DNA of 63,947 bases, filler included, from Octopus bimaculoides (taxonomy: Eukaryota): the NCBI RefSeq assembly GCF_001194135.2. It is 5 parts of 5 records of this genome, joined end to end, with 100 filler letters (N's around TTAATTAATTAA, not from the genome) between each part and the next. Parts side by side here need not be neighbours in the genome. Positions count along the whole stretch, not along the records: positions 13,960 to 39,222 come from NC_069002.1; positions 39,323 to 57,812 come from NC_069004.1; 3 more parts are not named here. One strand, given 5' to 3'. The translations under genes and the position numbers were made by a program. Under the pieces are notes generated by a model. The model did not search any database. It was given only the letters and a program-made list of their open reading frames with translations, and was not told the origin of the DNA. Of the stretch, positions 37,627-50,755 are shown piece by piece. Position 1 is the first letter of the stretch, and every line of letters begins with the position of its first letter.

Positions 37627-37677
37627 GTTTAGTTCCAAATAAGAATCTGCATTATCATCTATTTCACCAAGGATTTC
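37627..37677 (-). pseudogene. LSM8: LSM8 retrocopy, C-terminal segment
   Basis: EILGEIDDNADSYLELN versus recalled human LSM8 AVIGEIDEETDSALDLG. Confidence 0.75.
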
Positions 37678-37680
37678 TTG

Positions 37681-37906
37681 ATCAACATACATGTTTCCTT
37701 CCTTTTAGTATGCTGCATGCTTGAGCCAGCACTGCTCTTTTATCTGCTGACAAATCAATAAAACAGATGGAAATAATGGTATCAAAAAAAGATTTTCCTC
37801 GAAGCATTCACCATAGCCCTTAACAAATTGAACATTAGTTGTTTTGTTGTCCATAGAGTTTTCAATGGTAGTCTATATTCTGATTACCAACACGAAGTCC
37901 TTGTGA
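37681..37906 (-). pseudogene. AS3MT: processed fragment of an arsenite methyltransferase
   Basis: QGLRVGNQNIDYH*KLYG / TTNVQFVKGYGE / FDTIISICFIDLSADKRAVLAQACSILK versus recalled AS3MT QVEVAEKYLDYHMEKYG-FQASNVTFIHGYIE / [28 protein letters not shown]. Contains a stop and frameshifts. Confidence 0.75.
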
Positions 37907-37946
37907 ACCACAGTTATTGTATACGTTATTCATGTCTTGATGCCCA

Positions 37947-38141
37947 CTTGTCTCCACGGATTATGTATTGTCACTATACAACTTGTTCAACTCCAGAAAT
38001 AGAGCTGAATATTCTTTCATGGCTTTCATCTAAGATTAAGTTAATCGTCTGATCAAAACCTTTCCAAGTACCCACAATCATTTGTCCACCAGCAGTCACT
38101 ATAGACACTGTTTTACTAATATAATTTTCCAGAGCTGAAGC
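37947..38141 (-). pseudogene. LSM8: LSM8 processed pseudogene, codons ~2-66
   Basis: One uninterrupted frame: ASALENYISKTVSIVTAGGQMIVGTWKGFDQTINLILDESHERIFSSISGVEQVV**QYIIRGDK versus human TSALENYINRTVAVITSDGRMIVGTLKGFDQTINLILDESHERVFSSSQGVEQVVLGLYIVRGDN. Start ATG is lost and there are two in-frame stops. Confidence 0.95.
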
Positions 38142-38159
38142 TTTTTAAGATATGGTTTC

Positions 38160-38660
38160 AGAGCGTTTTTTAATAATGACTTCAGACTGCTTTTAGAAAT
38201 GGCTTCATTGGATGACCCAGGTTGTGTGCCTCACCGTCAGACTCTCCACTGCTCTTATCACTGGTACTTTCCAAAGTGAAAACTGATTGTTCTTCCTACG
38301 AAGAATCTCTGCTCCTCTTCTTATACCCTCTTGCATTTCCCTTATTGCTTTGCAACATAATTCCTGTCAATAGCATGCATATAACCTTGTCTTCCTTTCT
38401 CAATTTAATTTTGATTACTCCTTGATTTTGTTTCTTTAAGTGATCTATATTGTTCATACGTTTTTTCGAATCTTGGTAAGCACATGTTCTTTGTCCCTGA
38501 TTGGTATCTTAGCGTTGTCGCAGATCTCATTTATTTCTGAATATAAAATTACTGCTGCTTCCTTCACCGTTCTCTTATTATGTGTGTGATAGAAAGAGCC
38601 GTCGTTATATGTCTCCAATTGATGGGATTTTTTTTCTACCATTAATCATTTCAATCATAT
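38160..38660 (-). mobile_element. N-terminal relic of a DNA transposase, probably hAT-like (hATm-type)
   Basis: KIPSIGDI*RR/FYHTHNKRTVKEAAVILYSEINEICDNAKIPIRDKEHVLTKI/YEQYRSLK resembles the LPS.GDVL..F..H...KRTV.E.A....W.KA.IP N-termini I recall from such transposases. Family assignment is from memory. Confidence 0.5.
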
Positions 38661-39179
38661 ACCTAATAAATCAAATCTGTTTTACACTTCCTATCATTCA
38701 AATAAACATTTAATTAAAAGCGTTTAATTAACACTCTATGGCAATGAAGCGCTGAAATATCTAAACTCGGCAAAAGCTTATAACTATACTGATTACGGAA
38801 TACGTCCAACGGCTTGGAATGAACTTCGGTCTCACACAAGCAGGGAGAGGAGGAGCTCATTCGGCCAACACATGAACTGTGTATGTGTGTGTGTGTTTAT
38901 AAATATATATCTATATGCTTATATATGCAAGCACATATGAGTGTACACACATTTTGTATCTATATCTATTTATACATACATACATATGCTTGTATATATA
39001 TACATATATATGTATGCGAGCGTGTATATACATACATGTGCCTCAATATTTATCTCTCATTGGATGGGGTGCCTTTCTTATTTTCTTCAACTTTCAGGCA
39101 GATTGTTTATATGTCAAGCCCCACAAATTGATGGGGAAAGGGTTAAACATTTCTCAAATTTGCTTTTTGGGCCACCCAA

Positions 39180-39222
<43 letters not shown>

Positions 39223-39322
39223 NNNNNNNNNNNNNNNNNNNNNNNNNNNNNNNNNNNNNNNNNNNNTTAATTAATTAANNNNNNNNNNNNNNNNNNNNNN
39301 NNNNNNNNNNNNNNNNNNNNNN
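39223..39322. other. 100-bp assembly spacer
   Basis: N44-TTAATTAATTAA-N44. Confidence 0.97.
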
Positions 39323-39334
39323 TATATATGTATG

Positions 39335-39394
<60 letters not shown>

Positions 39395-40814
39395 TGTTGG
39401 TATATATGTATATATATATATATACATGTATATATACATACATATATATATACATATATATATATAGATATATGTATGTGCGTGTGTGTTTGTGTTTGTG
39501 CATGTGTGCGCCTGCAGTTTTGTTAAACATCTTGTAGATATAGGTTAGAGATAGAAAGTGAGTGGGTGACACATACATATATACATACATGCATACATAC
39601 ATACATACATATAAATGTGCATTTATAGATATTGATAGAAAGGAGAGAGATACATATCTTACATACAGGCATAAATAATCTTGTTAGATTGTGGGGTGAG
39701 AGAGAGAGAGAGAAAGAGAGAGAGAGATAGAGATAGAGAGAGAGAGAGAGAGAGATAAGGAAATGGGCTGAACCAGTAAGGGTCCGGCTCAGAACATTTG
39801 ATAAATAGACGCACGCACGCGAAAGCTGCACAAACATGCAGGCACCACTCGTGCATATACTGAAGCAGAAACACGCATTCATGCATATACACACACACGT
39901 GTGTGTGAAGGTGGGTGGGTTAAGTAGTTCGATCCGAAATCATTAAGGAAGAGGTTTGATCTTCGCTCGAATCTCTAGGTTCAATCCGCCCTTGTTCTTC
40001 GTGAGATCCATTCATAAACACAATTAAGTTAGCCGACAGGTAATAACGCCTACGTATATAGACAACATTGTCTCGAAGACATTGCAGTGAGTTTATAANN
40101 NNNNNNNNNNNNNNNNNNNNNNNNNNNNNNNNNNNNNNNNNNNNNNNNNNNNNNNNNNNNNNNNNNNNNNNNNNNNNNNNNNNNNNNNNNNNNNNNNNNN
40201 NNNNNNNNNNNNNNNNNNNNNNNNNNNNNNNNNNNNNNNNNNNNNNNNNNNNNNNNNNNNNNNNNNNNNNNNNNNNNNNNNNNNNNNNNNNNNNNNNNNN
40301 NNNNNNNNNNNNNNNNNNNNNNNNNNNNNNNNNNNNNNNNNNNNNNNNNNNNNNNNNNNNNNNNNNNNNNNNNNNNNNNNNNNNNNNNNNNNNNNNNNNN
40401 NNNNNNNNNNNNNNNNNNNNNNNNNNNNNNNNNNNNNNNNNNNNNNNNNNNNNNNNNNNNNNNNNNNNNNNNNNNNNNNNNNNNNNNNNNNNNNNNNNNN
40501 NNNNNNNNNNNNNNNNNNNNNNNNNNNNNNNNNNNNNNNNNNNNNNNNNNNNNNNNNNNNNNNNNNNNNNNNNNNNNNNNNNNNNNNNNNNNNNNNNNNN
40601 NNNNNNNNNNNNNNNNNNNNNNNNNNNNNNNNNNNNNNNNNNNNNNNNNNNNNNNNNNNNNNNNNNNNNNNNNNNNNNNNNNNNNNNNNNNNNNNNNNNN
40701 NNNNNNNNNNNNNNNNNNNNNNNNNNNNNNNNNNNNNNNNNNNNNNNNNNNNNNNNNNNNNNNNNNNNNNNNNNNNTATATATATATATATACATCAAGA
40801 ATCTTGCAAAAGGA

Positions 40815-40866
<52 letters not shown>

Positions 40867-40886
40867 CTGTGTGTGTGAAGACAGAC

Positions 40887-40939
<53 letters not shown>

Positions 40940-41533
40940 CATAGATACATAGATACATAGAGAGCTAGATAGATAGATATGTGCACTTTTAGCTGTAGCT
41001 GTTATGGTTTATAAATATTTGAAAGTGTGGCTGTATAAATACATATATATGTGCATATGCATACCTGCAACCTTTTATATTAATGTGTATGTATAGATAG
41101 ATAGATAAATAGATATACATACATGCATACATATATACATACGTGTGCAAATATGTGGCGTGTGGGGTGTTCATACCTTATGCCTAAATGTATCTACTTG
41201 AATGCTGAATGCGATAATAGGAAATACGAGATTTGAAGACATTGGTGTTCGCTTGTATAGAGAACTGCAGGAGGGAACCAATTTCTGCTACAGGTAGGGG
41301 GGTGTCACGAAGAGGTGGGAGGGGGTGCAGATAGCAATGTTACATTAAAATATAAACACTTCATATAAATGAATAAATAAATAAGAGGATATTTGTAATG
41401 GCACCCGCCCCTACCGCTCCACCTTAAATATAGGCTTTGTTTCATTTGAGAGATGCGTTGGCTGTCATTTTTTGTTGGTATATTTTGTGTTATGTTTTTG
41501 TAGAAGGGATATATATATATATGTATATATATG

Positions 41534-41578
<45 letters not shown>

Positions 41579-42401
41579 NNNNNNNNNNNNNNNNNNNNNN
41601 NNNNNNNNNNNNNNNNNNNNNNNNNNNNNNNNNNNNNNNNNNNNNNNNNNNNNNNNNNNNNNNNNNNNNNNNNNNNNNNNNNNNNNNNNNNNNNNNNNNN
41701 NNNNNNNNNNNNNNNNNNNNNNNNNNNNNNNNNNNNNNNNNNNNNNNNNNNNNNNNNNNNNNNNNNNNNNNNNNNNNNNNNNNNNNNNNNNNNNNNNNNN
41801 NNNNNNNNNNNNNNNNNNNNNNNNNNNNNNNNNNNNNNNNNNNNNNNNNNNNNNNNNNNNNNNNNNNNNNNNNNNNNNNNNNNNNNNNNNNNNNNNNNNN
41901 NNNNNNNNNNNNNNNNNNNNNNNNNNNNNNNNNNNNNNNNNNNNNNNNNNNNNNNNNNNNNNNNNNNNNNNNNNNNNNNNNNNNNNNNNNNNNNNNNNNN
42001 NNNNNNNNNNNNNNNNNNNNNNNNNNNNNNNNNNNNNNNNNNNNNNNNNNNNNNNNNNNNNNNNNNNNNNNNNNNNNNNNNNNNNNNNNNNNNNNNNNNN
42101 NNNNNNNNNNNNNNNNNNNNNNNNNNNNNNNNNNNNNNNNNNNNNNNNNNNNNNNNNNNNNNNNNNNNNNNNNNNNNNNNNNNNNNNNNNNNNNNNNNNN
42201 NNNNNNNNNNNNNNNNNNNNNNNNNNNNNNNNNNNNNNNNNNNNNNNNNNNNNNNNNNNNNNNNNNNNNNNNNNNNNNNNNNNNNNNNNNNNNNNNNNNN
42301 NNNNNNNNNNNNNNNNNNNNNATATATATATATATATATATATACGCACACACATACGCAAACAATACACCACACACACACACGCATATATATATACATA
42401 C

Positions 42402-42565
42402 ACTACGGGATTCTTTCGGTTTCCGTTTACCAAATTCACTCACTGGCCTTTGGTCAGTCCGAGGCTACAATAGCAACATTTGTCCAACGCGCCAGGCATT
42501 GGAGCTGAACACGGAACCATGTGATTGGGAAGCAAATTTCTCACGACACAGGCACGCCTGCCCTG
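42402..42565 (-). mobile_element. 5' half of an OR/CORE-type SINE
   Basis: TTCGGTTTCCGTTTACCAAATTCACTCAC..GAGGCTACAATAG..GAACACGGAACCATGTG. Confidence 0.8.
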
Positions 42566-42596
<31 letters not shown>

Positions 42597-43179
42597 ATGC
42601 TTATATATACTGTATAATGTATAATGCTGCGTACATATACAAGCCTACAATGCACACCTAAACATGCATTGAGTATAATAGATGAGGTGTCCATTCTAGC
42701 TCACATCCAGCGATAGTCATCTGGTTCCTGTCTTTACAAATTATAGGAAGGCGAAAAATCTAATTGCTGCACTGTTTAGTTTCAGCCTTTCTCTCTGTAC
42801 ATGCCTCTATCCGTGTCTCTGTGAATGCGTTTCTGTAGCTTTGCTTGTGTTTGTATGCGTATGTGTGTGTGCGTGCGTATGTGTGTGTGTCTGTGTGTAT
42901 TTATATGTGTGTGTGTTTGAGATCTATTGCTGCTGGCGTTTAGCTTCGAACCAAGTCTGAATAAACAGACCTTGATCAAAAATGTTCCATCCCTGACCAT
43001 CACGCCTTATAAGTTAAAAAGACTGAACGTATCTAAATTTGCATAATGCCACACGTCTCACCGCTCGTTGTAAAGACAAGCTGAAATTTGAAGGGGATTC
43101 GACTGCTATTTCTGGTATAGGTTCGTTCTCCATGGAAGCTCAGATCTGTGTAAGAATATCTGTGTGCGTTCATGTCTGT

Positions 43180-43260
43180 GTGAGTGAAGGTTTGTGCGTG
43201 AGTGAGGGTTTGTGCGTGAGTGGGGGTTTGCGCGTGAGTGAGGGTTTGTGCGTGAGTGAA
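43180..43260. repeat. 18-bp minisatellite (GTGAGTGAGGGTTTGTGC), about 4.5 copies
   Basis: Read directly from the sequence; it produces the VSEGLC repeats in the ORF track. Confidence 0.9.
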
Positions 43261-43751
43261 GTAGTGTTTTTATGTATTTTCGTGGGTTTTATGTATTTTG
43301 AACATTTTGTGTTTTGCGTGTTTTACGGTGATTCTGTTGGTCAAATCACAAGTTCCAAGCAAAACACTTTTACGTTGACATCAGACTGTCTTAGCCGGAA
43401 GCCATGATTAACTTTAGGTGAGTATGTTCTTGAGAAGTGCATTGAAATTTTTTTTTTTTTTTACCTTTGTATCTATAATGTCCTTGAGGCAAATAAAGAA
43501 ATATTATCACCATTCCGCTAGCGGAGGAATCGCTGTTATTTCTAGCCTTCAGGCGTCTGCCATCGACAAAGCTAAGGAAGGCTTATATCACGTGATTTGG
43601 TAGTCCTGGCGGCGATGGCTGATGATTATCTCCCGCTAACGATATAAACACAAGTGCTCATATGCACCACAAGTCTATATGAGATGTTTTCTCATGGAAA
43701 GTAACGCAGTATTTTGTGTTCTAACACAACATCCACTTTTAAGTGGAAGAT

Positions 43752-43790
<39 letters not shown>

Positions 43791-44314
43791 TTTATCATCA
43801 TTCGCTTAACTCTCCCTGTTTTAATTCTTTAACTTTCCCCCTTCTTCAGATTTCTCGTTTGTCTTTTATTTATCCTTTTTCCACCCCTGCCCCTTTTCTT
43901 CTCCTCTTCCTTCCCTTTCTCCTACTTGCCAACAATTACGTGTTAATATATACACCTTATTATATTTGTCTATGGCCGGCGGACATTCCACCCAAACCAC
44001 TTCNNNNNNNNNNNNNNNNNNNNNNNCCACCCACCCCGCATAAGTAGCGCTGTTTACTAAAATTATATCCTTCGGTGACAGAATGTCTTTTGGTCTTTTG
44101 TAATCAGGTTCCACTTGTTGGTTTTGTTGCTGTTGTTATTGTTGTTGTTGGTGTTGTTTCATATTTTAGGCAGATGTTTGACAAACGATTATATTGTTGA
44201 ACCTAGATGTATTACTATATTTGTACATCGTTTTTTATGAATATATAAATATATATATTCTTGAAGTTTTAAATATATATATATATATGTGTGTATGTGG
44301 GCGAATGTGTGTAT

Positions 44315-44480
44315 AGGCGCAGGCGTGGCTGTGTGGTAAGACGCTTGCTTTCCAACCACATGGTTCCGAGTTCAGCCCCACTGCGTGGCACCTTGGCTAA
44401 GTGTCTTCTACTATAGCCTCGGACCAACCAAAGCCTTGTGAGTGGATTTGATGGACAGAAACTCAAAGAAGCCCTTCGCA
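44315..44480 (+). mobile_element. 5' half of an OR/CORE-type SINE
   Basis: AGGCGCAGGCGTGGCTGTGTGGTAAG..GGTTCCGAGTTCAGCCCC..GGCACCTTGGCTAAGTGTCTTC. Confidence 0.9.
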
Positions 44481-44496
44481 CATATATATATATTTT

Positions 44497-44680
44497 GCGG
44501 TTTCGATTCCCTAACGGGCCGGTGCGTTATGTTCTTGAGCAAAACACTTCATCTCATTGCGGCATGTCACTCAGCTGTTGAAGAGTAAGTCTATAGGGGG
44601 GACTGGTGTCCTGTTCAAACAGAATGGGGTAACCTCGGTCACTTATACGTCTTTGGAACAGGGTAACAATCCCTATGAGT
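44497..44680 (+). mobile_element. fragment of a CORE-like SINE
   Basis: GGTTTCGATTCCC (B box) ..TGTTCTTGAGCAAAACACTTCATCTCA. Confidence 0.65.
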
Positions 44681-45981
44681 CTTAGGACTTGATACAGCAG
44701 TATTCAGATGTTGAGGATCATGATGGTGATGTGATATAGTTAAGCACTTAGATTAAAAACTGCGTCATTGACTGGTATTTGCAATTATTAGCTACGATGC
44801 TTAACTACGAGCCTCAAATAGGATCCTTTAATGGGTTCTTTAACCACGATCCTTAATAACAACCATTAGATGTCATCATTAATTGCAATCCTTGTCTACG
44901 ATCCTTAACTGTTATCTTTAATTGTCCCCGTAACGGATGCAATACGATGAACCATATTATTCTAGGATACCACGTTTCAGTTACGTAGACTCGGCCGTTG
45001 ATAATTCAGTGGGTCGGACATTGACACATTGCAATTAACTACACGATGCAATGGTAACAAGGAACACCTAGAAGCATGGCCTGTTGGTAGATGTCTCCGC
45101 CAGAGACACACTGCTCTACCACGCAACGCTGCCTCTCACAACTCTCTATATTAATTGCTAACAGGGACACAGTATTTCATTTTGCAACCATAAAATACTA
45201 CCAAGGATGTTAAAGGTTTACAAGTCAATATAGTGTTTTACCTTTTGTGTTAGCAGTGCGATGTTCTCAATTTTAAGCTTATCTCTATAGAATTTCCATA
45301 AAGTTCGGAGCCAAGCCGTAACTGTCTCTGAACTCTATAGAAAATCTCTAGAGATAAATTTTAAGATTTTCTTTTTAATACTTGCTACTTCCTCGTGGTG
45401 TTCCCCTAATCTAAGCCCCTGTGACTAATAAAAGAAATTATTTTATCCTTTATACATTAAACATTATCGCTACGCAGTGAGGTATGATTTTGAGGTGGAT
45501 ATGGCTGCTATTTATAGCAAATAAAGTGACACACTACTTACTCTATCATCAGATTGTGTGTTGGTTTGTTTATGTTGTTTTGTTGTTTGTTGTTGTAGTT
45601 TTCAGTGTTTTTCTTGTAGGCGTTTAGTCCCTCCATCTCACACCGCTCCCAGATAGGAACATTGCCAGATCACTGTTGGTGCAGAACATCTTATTGCTAT
45701 TGGTGACGGTGTTGTTGCCGATGTTTATACTGGTGTTATCGGCGATGGTAGCGGTGGTGGTGGTGGTGGTGCTGTTTTTGCTGCAATCAATGCACAATTA
45801 GTTGATAGAAGAGAGCAATTATCCACGGCAACCTGAGACCGTTTATCAATTAAAGACACTCACTGTTAAACAGGGACAGCGGCAAAAGGCGGCGCAAACA
45901 CAGGCCTTTGTTGGCAGGGTTTCACTTAGATACTTTCGTAATTGCAGATATTCATAGAAATACACATACATATATATACAC

Positions 45982-46013
<32 letters not shown>

Positions 46014-46632
46014 NNNNNNNNNNNNNNNNNNNNNNNNNNNNNNNNNNNNNNNNNNNNNNNNNNNNNNNNNNNNNNNNNNNNNNNNNNNNNNNNNNNNNNN
46101 NNNNNNNNNNNNNNNNNNNNNNNNNNNNNNNNNNNNNNNNNNNNNNNNNNNNNNNNNNNNNNNNNNNNNNNNNNNNNNNNNNNNNNNNNNNNNNNNNNNN
46201 NNNNNNNNNNNNNNNNNNNNNNNNNNNNNNNNNNNNNNNNNNNNNNNNNNNNNNNNNNNNNNNNNNNNNNNNNNNNNNNNNNNNNNNNNNNNNNNNNNNN
46301 NNNNNNATATATATATATATATATTTGTAACTATTGTATATTTATACGTGTGTGTATATATATATATGTGTGTATGCAAACATGTCTGTACACACACACA
46401 CACACACACACACACACCCATAAATTGCATTTCGTGTGTGTGCAGATATAAACAGCATCTTGTGTTTACACACACACCAAAAAGTATGATAGACACAAGA
46501 TGCAGTTTCTATCTGCACACACACGAAATGCATATATGAATGCACACATGTGTGTGTGTGTGTGTATTTAGATATGTATGTATATACAATCATATTTCGG
46601 TCGATATAGTTAGGACTATATGTGTTCGTATA

Positions 46633-46794
46633 TACGAGGTGGCATCAAGAAGTTCCTGAACTAGTTTTGTAGCTCGCCTACAGGTGGCAGCACACGGTTG
46701 CGTGCGCAGTGAGAGCTAGCAGTGACCTTCATGAGGCAATGTGCCGAGTGACATCGCTATATTTACTTTGCAAGTTGTGAAATTTGTGTTTCTT

Positions 46795-46797
<3 letters not shown>
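46633..46797 (+). mobile_element. mariner-type left end (TIR) fragment
   Basis: TA|CGAGGTGGCATCAAGAAGTTCC resembles TACGAGGG..TCAAAAAGTT mariner TIRs. It is truncated at (TA)n. Confidence 0.55.
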
Positions 46798-46827
<30 letters not shown>

Positions 46828-46830
<3 letters not shown>

Positions 46831-46990
46831 GACGGGTTTCTTTCAATTTTCGTCTATCACAACCACTCAAAGGGCTTTGGTTGGCCTGAGGCTATAGTAG
46901 AAGACACTTGCCTAAGGTGTCACACAGCGGGACGGAACCCGTGACCATGCGGTTTGGAACCACCTTCTTACCACACAGCCACGTCTGCTA
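46828..46990 (-). mobile_element. 5' half of an OR/CORE-type SINE
   Basis: CGACGGGTTTCTTTCAATTTT..GAGGCTATAGTAGAAGACACTTGCC..CCACACAGCCAC. Confidence 0.88.
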
Positions 46991-47578
46991 TAAGCACTCA
47001 GTTTTTGCTTTCATTGCGTCTGACAGCAGAAACAGCTGTAAGCTAATGACATTCATTACATAATAACTTGTTCACTTGTCATTTATATAATCTCTTATAT
47101 TGACGTGTGTGTGCGTGCGTGTGTGTCTGTCTCTATGCATGTATGTATGTGTAAGCATGTGTCTATAAGATACACATAATCGTATGATTTAATCGACAAT
47201 TCACAAAACGAAAGGAGCTCAATATATTTGAAATGCGGATTGTATTTACTTTATTGAGAACAATAGCTCAGGGGCAGCAGACTCGTTTCCCTATTTACAT
47301 AGTTCTTCAGAGAGAGATATAAGAATTAATTAAGTTTTACTGTTTTTATATTCGGGGAAACCGATAGGAAATAAATAGGTTTTAAGATGGCGGAAGGTAA
47401 ACAAAAATAGCAATAAATGAAATTTTGGCCAGCGGGAATAGGGAGACAGGAGGGAATCCGTGGGAGTTGAAAGGTGAGGGATAAAAGATGGAAAGAAGGA
47501 AAGAGGTAAAAACAGGAAGAATACAGAAGGAGAATGTTGTTGTGGAAAGTGCGTTGTTGTTCGTGTTGTTGTTGTCGT

Positions 47579-47618
<40 letters not shown>

Positions 47619-48339
47619 GCTGTTTTTGTTTCAAATCGTTTGTGTTTGTGAAATATCAATCAGATTCCAGTAATATTTAACTAAACATATTCCGCTCGTG
47701 ACCAACGCGCGCGCGCGCACATGCAGACAGACACACAAGCACATACACATGCATATGTATACGTATATACACACATTTCTATATAAACACATACGCATAC
47801 ATAAAAAAACAAAATGTGTACAGGCATTTATTACATACACAAGTTCATACAACCATACATACACACCTACATAGATGCACATACAAATACATGCATACAA
47901 TACAATACATACATATATATAAACATACATGCATACACACCTGCGTACATAGAACATCCATCCATCTACCCATCCATACATCCATACGTGCATACATATA
48001 TTAAAAGATGAATCAATGAAGATTTGATTGAATGTGGTCTTTGTTCCAACACTGAGCTGCGAGTAGAAATACAACCGAGCCGAGGTGAACTTTGCCATTC
48101 TTGGATAAATAAAACAGTTCGGGGTCCGATGGGATGATCGTGGCATGCTGGTTCTTTGCCTTGTGAGGACAAGACTGGACGCGGCATTTGAACCAGGTTC
48201 ATGGTCGGTTTTATAAGGAATATAGGACTCAGCTTCAAATAGAACGAAATATATTTATTGAGACTGAAGGGTTGCTTGGACACACACACACGTTATATTG
48301 ATCTGAGCAATTATTGTGTCTCAATGGCATTAAACTATT

Positions 48340-48482
48340 AGGAGCTCAAGATTGCTTCCAAGTCACACACGGTTCCGGGTTCAGTTCAACTGCGTGGCAA
48401 CTTGACGACTTGAGCAAGTGTCTTCTGCGATAGGCTCGGGTCGACCAAAAGCTTTGTGGGTGGATTTGGCTACGGAAACTGT
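48340..48482 (+). mobile_element. 5' half of an OR/CORE-type SINE
   Basis: GGTTCCGGGTTCAGTTC..TTGAGCAAGTGTCTTCT..GACCAAAAGCTTTGTGGGTGGATTTGG. Confidence 0.8.
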
Positions 48483-48687
48483 GTGTGTGTGTACAGAGAG
48501 AGAGAGAGAGAGAGAGATCTGTTCATATGTAAGCAAATGTACATATCAGCACATTTCTAGTTATATGTGTATACATACGTATATATTTATATATGTGTGT
48601 GTGTGTGTGTGTATTTTGTATACTCACGTATATATATATATATATATATATATGCGCTTATGTGTGTATATACATATGCATGTCTAT

Positions 48688-48757
<70 letters not shown>

Positions 48758-49020
48758 TATTATTTCAGTAGCAAATCCTGAAAGGTTTTAAAACAATTTT
48801 CATTAAAGTCTGACTGGTCTGATTAAATTAACTTTGACACAATCTCTTTATTTTTGTATATTTTCTCAATTTCCTCCGAATACGTCGTTTTTAACTGTGT
48901 ACATATGCGTGGGTTTGGGCGTACGTGGGCGTGTACGTGGGTGTGGGTGTCTTGAGGCAGAGAGAGAGAAATGCATGCATACATGAATATATGCAAGTAT
49001 GTATGTATATATGTATATGC

Positions 49021-49065
<45 letters not shown>

Positions 49066-49458
49066 CATGTGTGTGTGTAAATATATATATATGTAAATAA
49101 TTAAATATATGTGTGTGTGTGTGTGGTTGTCAATGTATGTGTATATTTACGCATAGATATAATCTAATGATATTCTCCTTTCACAAGACATATAAAAACG
49201 CACGGACACACACATACATACACACGCATACATATACACACACAATGCATGTGATTATGTATACAAAAAAATCTGTCTGTATATATATAAATATATGTGT
49301 GTGTGCGTGTGTTTGTGCGAGTGAATATATATATGTGTATACAAAGAGAGAGAGAGAAAGAAAGAGATGGATAGATAGATAAATAGATAGATAGATACAG
49401 ACAGATAGATAGATAGTTGGACATACGTCCAGTGACGCACATATATATATATATACAC

Positions 49459-49515
<57 letters not shown>

Positions 49516-50129
49516 CACATATATATATACACACGTGTACACACATACGCGCGCACACACACACACACACATATAGTTATGTTGCGTTCTTTTTTAGTAC
49601 TAATTCCTCCGCAGCACTTAGTTTTATGTTTACACAGAAGGGAAAGCTAAAAGGATACAAAAGTATCTGGCTAAATTACTGTTAGTCTTTCGCTTGTTGC
49701 CAGCAAACATGGCTCTGAAAGACATGTCGAAGGTTGTTAGCGTCTAATGGCCGACGTTGCAAACGTTTCATGGCCGCCATTTCACAAACAGCAATGTTCC
49801 AACGAAACACTTGTCGCTCGATGATGCTTTTAGCCTCGTACTTGAACATATATACGTATGTATGTATGTATGTATGTATATATGTAGCTAGCGAGGAAAT
49901 AAGTATACATACATACACACATACACATATAGATATATATATATGTAGACACATACACACACATATATATATATGTAGACATATTTATATATAAGTAGAC
50001 AGACGCACACATATATATATCTAAATATATGTATGTATATAGAAATAAGTGTGTGTATATATCTATGTGTGTGTGTGTGCAAATGTAGCAATGCTTGTAT
50101 ATAGACATATGCATATCTACATATATAGA

Positions 50130-50160
<31 letters not shown>

Positions 50161-50523
50161 GATCCTGTCACTTCGTTAAAATGGGAAGACATTTTCTAAA
50201 ACAATCGGTGAATCGCACCGAATGTTTCCTTTGTCGTCAATAAGTGCCATGGTGAATACACGCATGCACATAAACGCTTACGTACACCAGACGTATCCAT
50301 AACCACACATATACTTAAACATACGTGCATAAATATACATATACACATATGGTATTTACTTCTATATACATGCACAAGTATGTATATATATGCTCGTATA
50401 AGTTTATACGTTATATACCTACACCATGCATACATAAAATTGTAGAGATACACCTATGCCTACATGTGTATCACATGCACAACATACACTTAAAAGCACG
50501 TGTACATGTATGTATTTATGTAG

Positions 50524-50571
<48 letters not shown>

Positions 50572-50715
50572 CGAGAGAGAGAGAGAGAGAGAGAGAGAGG
50601 AGTGAGAGAGAAATTGAGTGACAGAGAGAGAGGAGTACTCATCACAAATGTTGGCCAGATATATTTAAACACACACATACGCGCTCAGACACATACGTGC
50701 ACACACACATACACA

Positions 50716-50755
<40 letters not shown>

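Noticed and set aside
49770-49790. YY1-like GCCGCCATTT motif with a short minus-strand ORF
   Set aside because: A single short motif with no supporting promoter or splice evidence.
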